This document shows positions 61,037 to 64,000 of a DNA stretch of 64,000 bases, in pieces. The position numbers and the translations under genes were made by a program. The stretch is from Podarcis filfolensis (taxonomy: Eukaryota): NCBI GenBank assembly GCA_964270895.1, contig OZ185442.1; one strand, given 5' to 3'. The notes under the pieces are model-generated. The model searched no databases. It saw nothing but the letters and a program-made list of their open reading frames with translations, and was not told the DNA's origin. Numbering within the stretch: the first letter of the stretch is position 1; each line of letters opens with the position of its first letter.

Positions 61037-61500
61037 GCCGCGCTCCTGCCCGGGCTGCGCACTTTGCCTCGCATGCAAAAGGCCCGCCCTTGCGAAGAAA
61101 AGCCTCCTTCCTTCCGGACAAAAAAAATAGCAATAGCCGGCTGGGCTTGACAGGAGGAACCACAACTCCCACAATGCACGAGGAAACTTCCGCTAGCGGT
61201 AAACTGAGCGGGGAAGGGGAATATTTAGGAAGTGCACGCCTTCAGTAGTTCTCAGCTGCTTCAGGTTCGCAAGGGAATTCTCCTCCTTAGAACTACGACT
61301 CCCGGCAGGCTCTGCGGGGTGTGCGGCGGGAAAAGGCGTCCGCGCGGAAGCCCGCCCCTTTTCTTTCTTTCCCCGCCTTCCCTTGAACGAGAACGGAAGT
61401 GACTCTAGAGGAATAGCAACGGAGGCGGTTGCTAACGAGGGATGCGGAGAGGGCGGAGGCGGACCGGAGGAGGAGGACTGGGCAGCTGTGAGTTGCTGGA
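61030..61500. promoter_or_regulatory. CpG-island bidirectional promoter shared by FTO (-) and RPGRIP1L (+)
   Basis: CpG-dense; ZNF143/SBS-type motifs at 61158-61178 (AACCACAACTCCCACAATGCA) and 61291-61310 (AACTACGACTCCCGGCAGGC); ETS/GABP ACTTCCG at 61186 and CGGAAGTG at 61394; GC boxes; NF-kB-like GGGAATTCTCC at 61273; RFX half-sites at 61414 and 61428. The head-to-head arrangement is known in vertebrates. Confidence 0.9.
61400..61487 (+). other. RPGRIP1L: RPGRIP1L non-coding exon 1 (5' end approximate)
   Basis: Donor GCT|GTGAGT at 61488 at the edge of the CpG island, where composition switches to T/G-rich intron; the TSS cannot be fixed from sequence. Confidence 0.7.
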
Positions 61501-62574
61501 TTGGGGCCTCCGGGGGAGGGGAGGGGAAGTATGTCTAGGAAATGGGTGGTTTTGTAGGGGGTTTGGCTCTGAGGTGGCAAGGGGAGATTTTTATGCAAAT
61601 TTAAACTGCAATGTATGTAAATGTATGCATATTTAGGCTGGGATTTGATATGGTGTTTGTTTTTGCATAGGGTGATTTGATAACTGGTACCTCTTTTTAT
61701 TTTTTTTAAAAAAGGAATTGGCTTGCATTTTAATGATGTTTTTGCTTTTGATGTTTTAATTAGATACTGCACATCTTAAAATCGAAATAAATTAGTGGGT
61801 GTAAATGGCTTCTTATTTAACTCATTTGAAAAGTTGTTGGATTGTATGTTACCCTCCACATCCCCACCATCAAGCCATTCTAATGTTGTATATTGTAAGT
61901 TAAGAAAATAAAATGTTACCAGTAAAAGGGAAGGATGTATTTGTTGCTCATTGTTACTATTTAATGTAACAATGTTACAATGCTTTTAAAGAAGGGGAAT
62001 CCTCCCAAGGTAGTATACGATTAAAATGCAACACTGTAAGGAATGAGAATAAAAGAACTGAAAGCTAACTTTTATTTATTTAGCTTCTTTTACCCTACTC
62101 TTCAGCAAAAAAAAAAAAAAAGACTCCCAGAATGACTTGCGTATAATCATTTAAAACAAGACGGTTTAAAGTTTTGTCTAGCTCTGTAAAGCGCTTAGGT
62201 GTTTCTTGCAGCTAAGCAGTATATAACTTTTGTTCAGCAAAATGAAATAGATGATACAAAAGGAAAAAATGTGAGGAGGGAGGAGGAAATGAGCAAACTC
62301 TGGCATGTTTCTTAAAGTGAAATAGTGGGGGAGCAAGAGGTTTCTCTAGTGAACAGGCATCAGTAAAAATAAACATACAGACCACTACCACCATATAGTT
62401 CATAATTAGAGCAAAAACCATCAGGAGAACAAAACCTTTTTTCCAAAAAAAACAGGCACAAGTGAGTGTTCAGAACTTTCATAGGAATATAGACCCATTG
62501 GTCCATCTAACTCAATATTATCTACACTGACTGGCAGCAGTTCCAGAGGGTTTCAGGCAAGGTTCTCTTATTAT

Positions 62575-62806
62575 CAATGTTGCAGTGGTAAGAGTGTAAG
62601 ACTAGGACCTGGGAGACCAGGGATCAAATCCATGCTCAGCCATGAAGCTCACGGGCTGACCTTGGGCTGGTCACAATCTCTCGGCCTAACTTGCCTCACA
62701 GGGTTGTCATGGGAATTAAATGAGGAGGTGGGGAACCATGTACGCCACCTTGAAGTCTTTGGAGAGAAAGATGGGATATAAATGCAATTAATAAATAAAA
62801 TAAATA
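62575..62806 (+). mobile_element. Squam3-like SINE inserted within a Squam2-like SINE (halves at 62478-62570 and 62807-62880, minus strand)
   Basis: Complete head, core and AATAAA tail; the flanks are complementary halves of the other SINE. No clear TSD. Confidence 0.8.
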
Positions 62807-63527
62807 TCTGGAGATTCAAGGGATTGAATTTAGGACCTTCTACATACAAGGCAAATACTCTGCTACTCAGCTACAGCATTTTTCTTATTATCTGACATGT
62901 TCCAAGATATATATCCTGACCCCGTGCTGCATTTTTTTAAACTCTCCTTGTTGTCACACAAACATAGCATGCAGCTAAAATATCTCACTCAGGTATTTAA
63001 ACTGTGGTTTTAGTTGTTTTAAAGCTTTGTGTCTCTTGTTTTATTATTGTATTTTTACTGTGCTAACATTGGCAGTACAAAAACCTAAAAAGGCTCCAGA
63101 TAGTATATAAATGTTTCAGATAAACTTATGTGGGTGTGAAGCCTAAAGCAAGCAATGTGAATAAATGTGAATAAACAGCAGTTTAATTAAAGCAACGGAA
63201 TATGGTGTAAAGTGTTTTCCTGGCACTTAAAAAATTGCCAGGTGAGCTTACTGCAAAGGAGATAGGGCAGTAAAGTTGAAAATGCCCTCTCCCTGTTTGC
63301 AAATTGCCAAATATGATTATATGCCAAACAACTTTTAAAATAGAACTTTATGATGCCCCTGGTGTTGTGGTTTCTGTGTGGTGAAGATGAAGTAAAAGAG
63401 TTCTGCCAGAATCTGTCATTACTTTTCACTCTCATTTAATCTCACATAATTTACAGTGTCCGGTGCTTGTGCAAATTTATGTTACAGAGAGAATCTTTCT
63501 TTGGGTTTTGTCATCCACAGCTCAGTC

Positions 63528-63603
63528 ATGTCTGCTGCAGCTGATGAAACATCAGAGGATCTACCGGTGAGAGACATAGGTCTAAATCTCATAGGGCTAC
63601 AAG
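63528..63603 (+). CDS. RPGRIP1L: RPGRIP1L first coding exon (exon 63521-63603), MSAAADETSEDLPVRDIGLNLIGLQ; ciliary transition-zone protein
   Basis: Matches recalled human [28 protein letters not shown] (3 aa shorter); acceptor ttttgtcatccacag, 7-nt UTR, ATG, donor AAG|GTTTGT; synteny with FTO. Confidence 0.93.
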
Positions 63604-64000
63604 GTTTGTTCCACTTCTTACATGTTTTAATCAGCTGGCTCCTTTGAAAGGAAAAGAATATCCAGAGGGTCAAGGAAACTGAAAAGAGGGTCTGGAGTGA
63701 GCACTCCTGGAGATCATACCTAGGCTTCTGTGCCTGGGGCTGCTAGTTGTAATACAGAACATCTTCAGGTTGTGGAAGCCTGGCAATAGAGTCTGGAACA
63801 CATGTATTCACAGCAGCAGCAGCAGTAGCAGTAATAACAACTATCTGGGCTCTTTCCACTCCCTGGAGTTCTACTTGCCAACCACCACCCACACCAGGTC
63901 TGCCTGGATTTGCTCTACACTGGTGACTGAATTAGGAATGGCTCCCTGCATTCAAAAGAAGTTCCCCTGAACACGTGCAGAGCACCTTTTCCTCCCCCAC

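Noticed and set aside
61037-61174. In-frame N-terminal extension of FTO
   Set aside because: The frame is open for 46 codons but has no in-frame ATG; open frames are expected in GC-rich leaders. A near-cognate start cannot be excluded.
1-64000. CRISPR array, prokaryotic defence system, viral or ERV coding sequence, snoRNA or rRNA gene
   Set aside because: The recurring 135-bp repeats are dispersed MITEs with TSDs, not spacer-separated arrays; I saw no gag/pol/env, transposase or structured RNA-gene signature. A covariance-model scan (Infernal/Rfam) would be needed to exclude small RNAs formally.

Overview
Vertebrate (squamate, most likely lacertid lizard, inferred from the SINE/LINE complement) genomic DNA holding the 5' half of FTO on the minus strand and the start of RPGRIP1L on the plus strand, head-to-head across a CpG-rich bidirectional promoter at about 61.0-61.5 kb. 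FTO coding exons 1-5 are 61036-60995, 20985-20908, 15171-14511, 5773-5630 and 464-385. All junctions are GT-AG, the frame is continuous over 335 codons, and the Fe(II)/2-oxoglutarate ligands are intact. The rest is intronic: a 40-kb FTO intron 1 with several CpG-retaining or motif-dense candidate enhancers, plus many L2/CR1 fragments, four SINE types, DNA-transposon MITEs and microsatellites. I found no new protein-coding system; almost all other ORFs in the track are chance or TE-derived. The most interesting observations are regulatory: (1) a palindromic hAT MITE family carries the ACTACAAYTCCCA (ZNF143/THAP11-type) motif that also occurs in the real promoter; (2) a SINE-derived candidate poison exon lies 139 nt downstream of FTO exon 1; (3) a uORF stop overlaps the FTO start codon (AUGA); (4) FTO has a natural Lys at the position of the engineered human Q86K mutation. 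Comparisons with human sequence are from memory, TE family names are tentative, and coordinates of degraded repeats are approximate.
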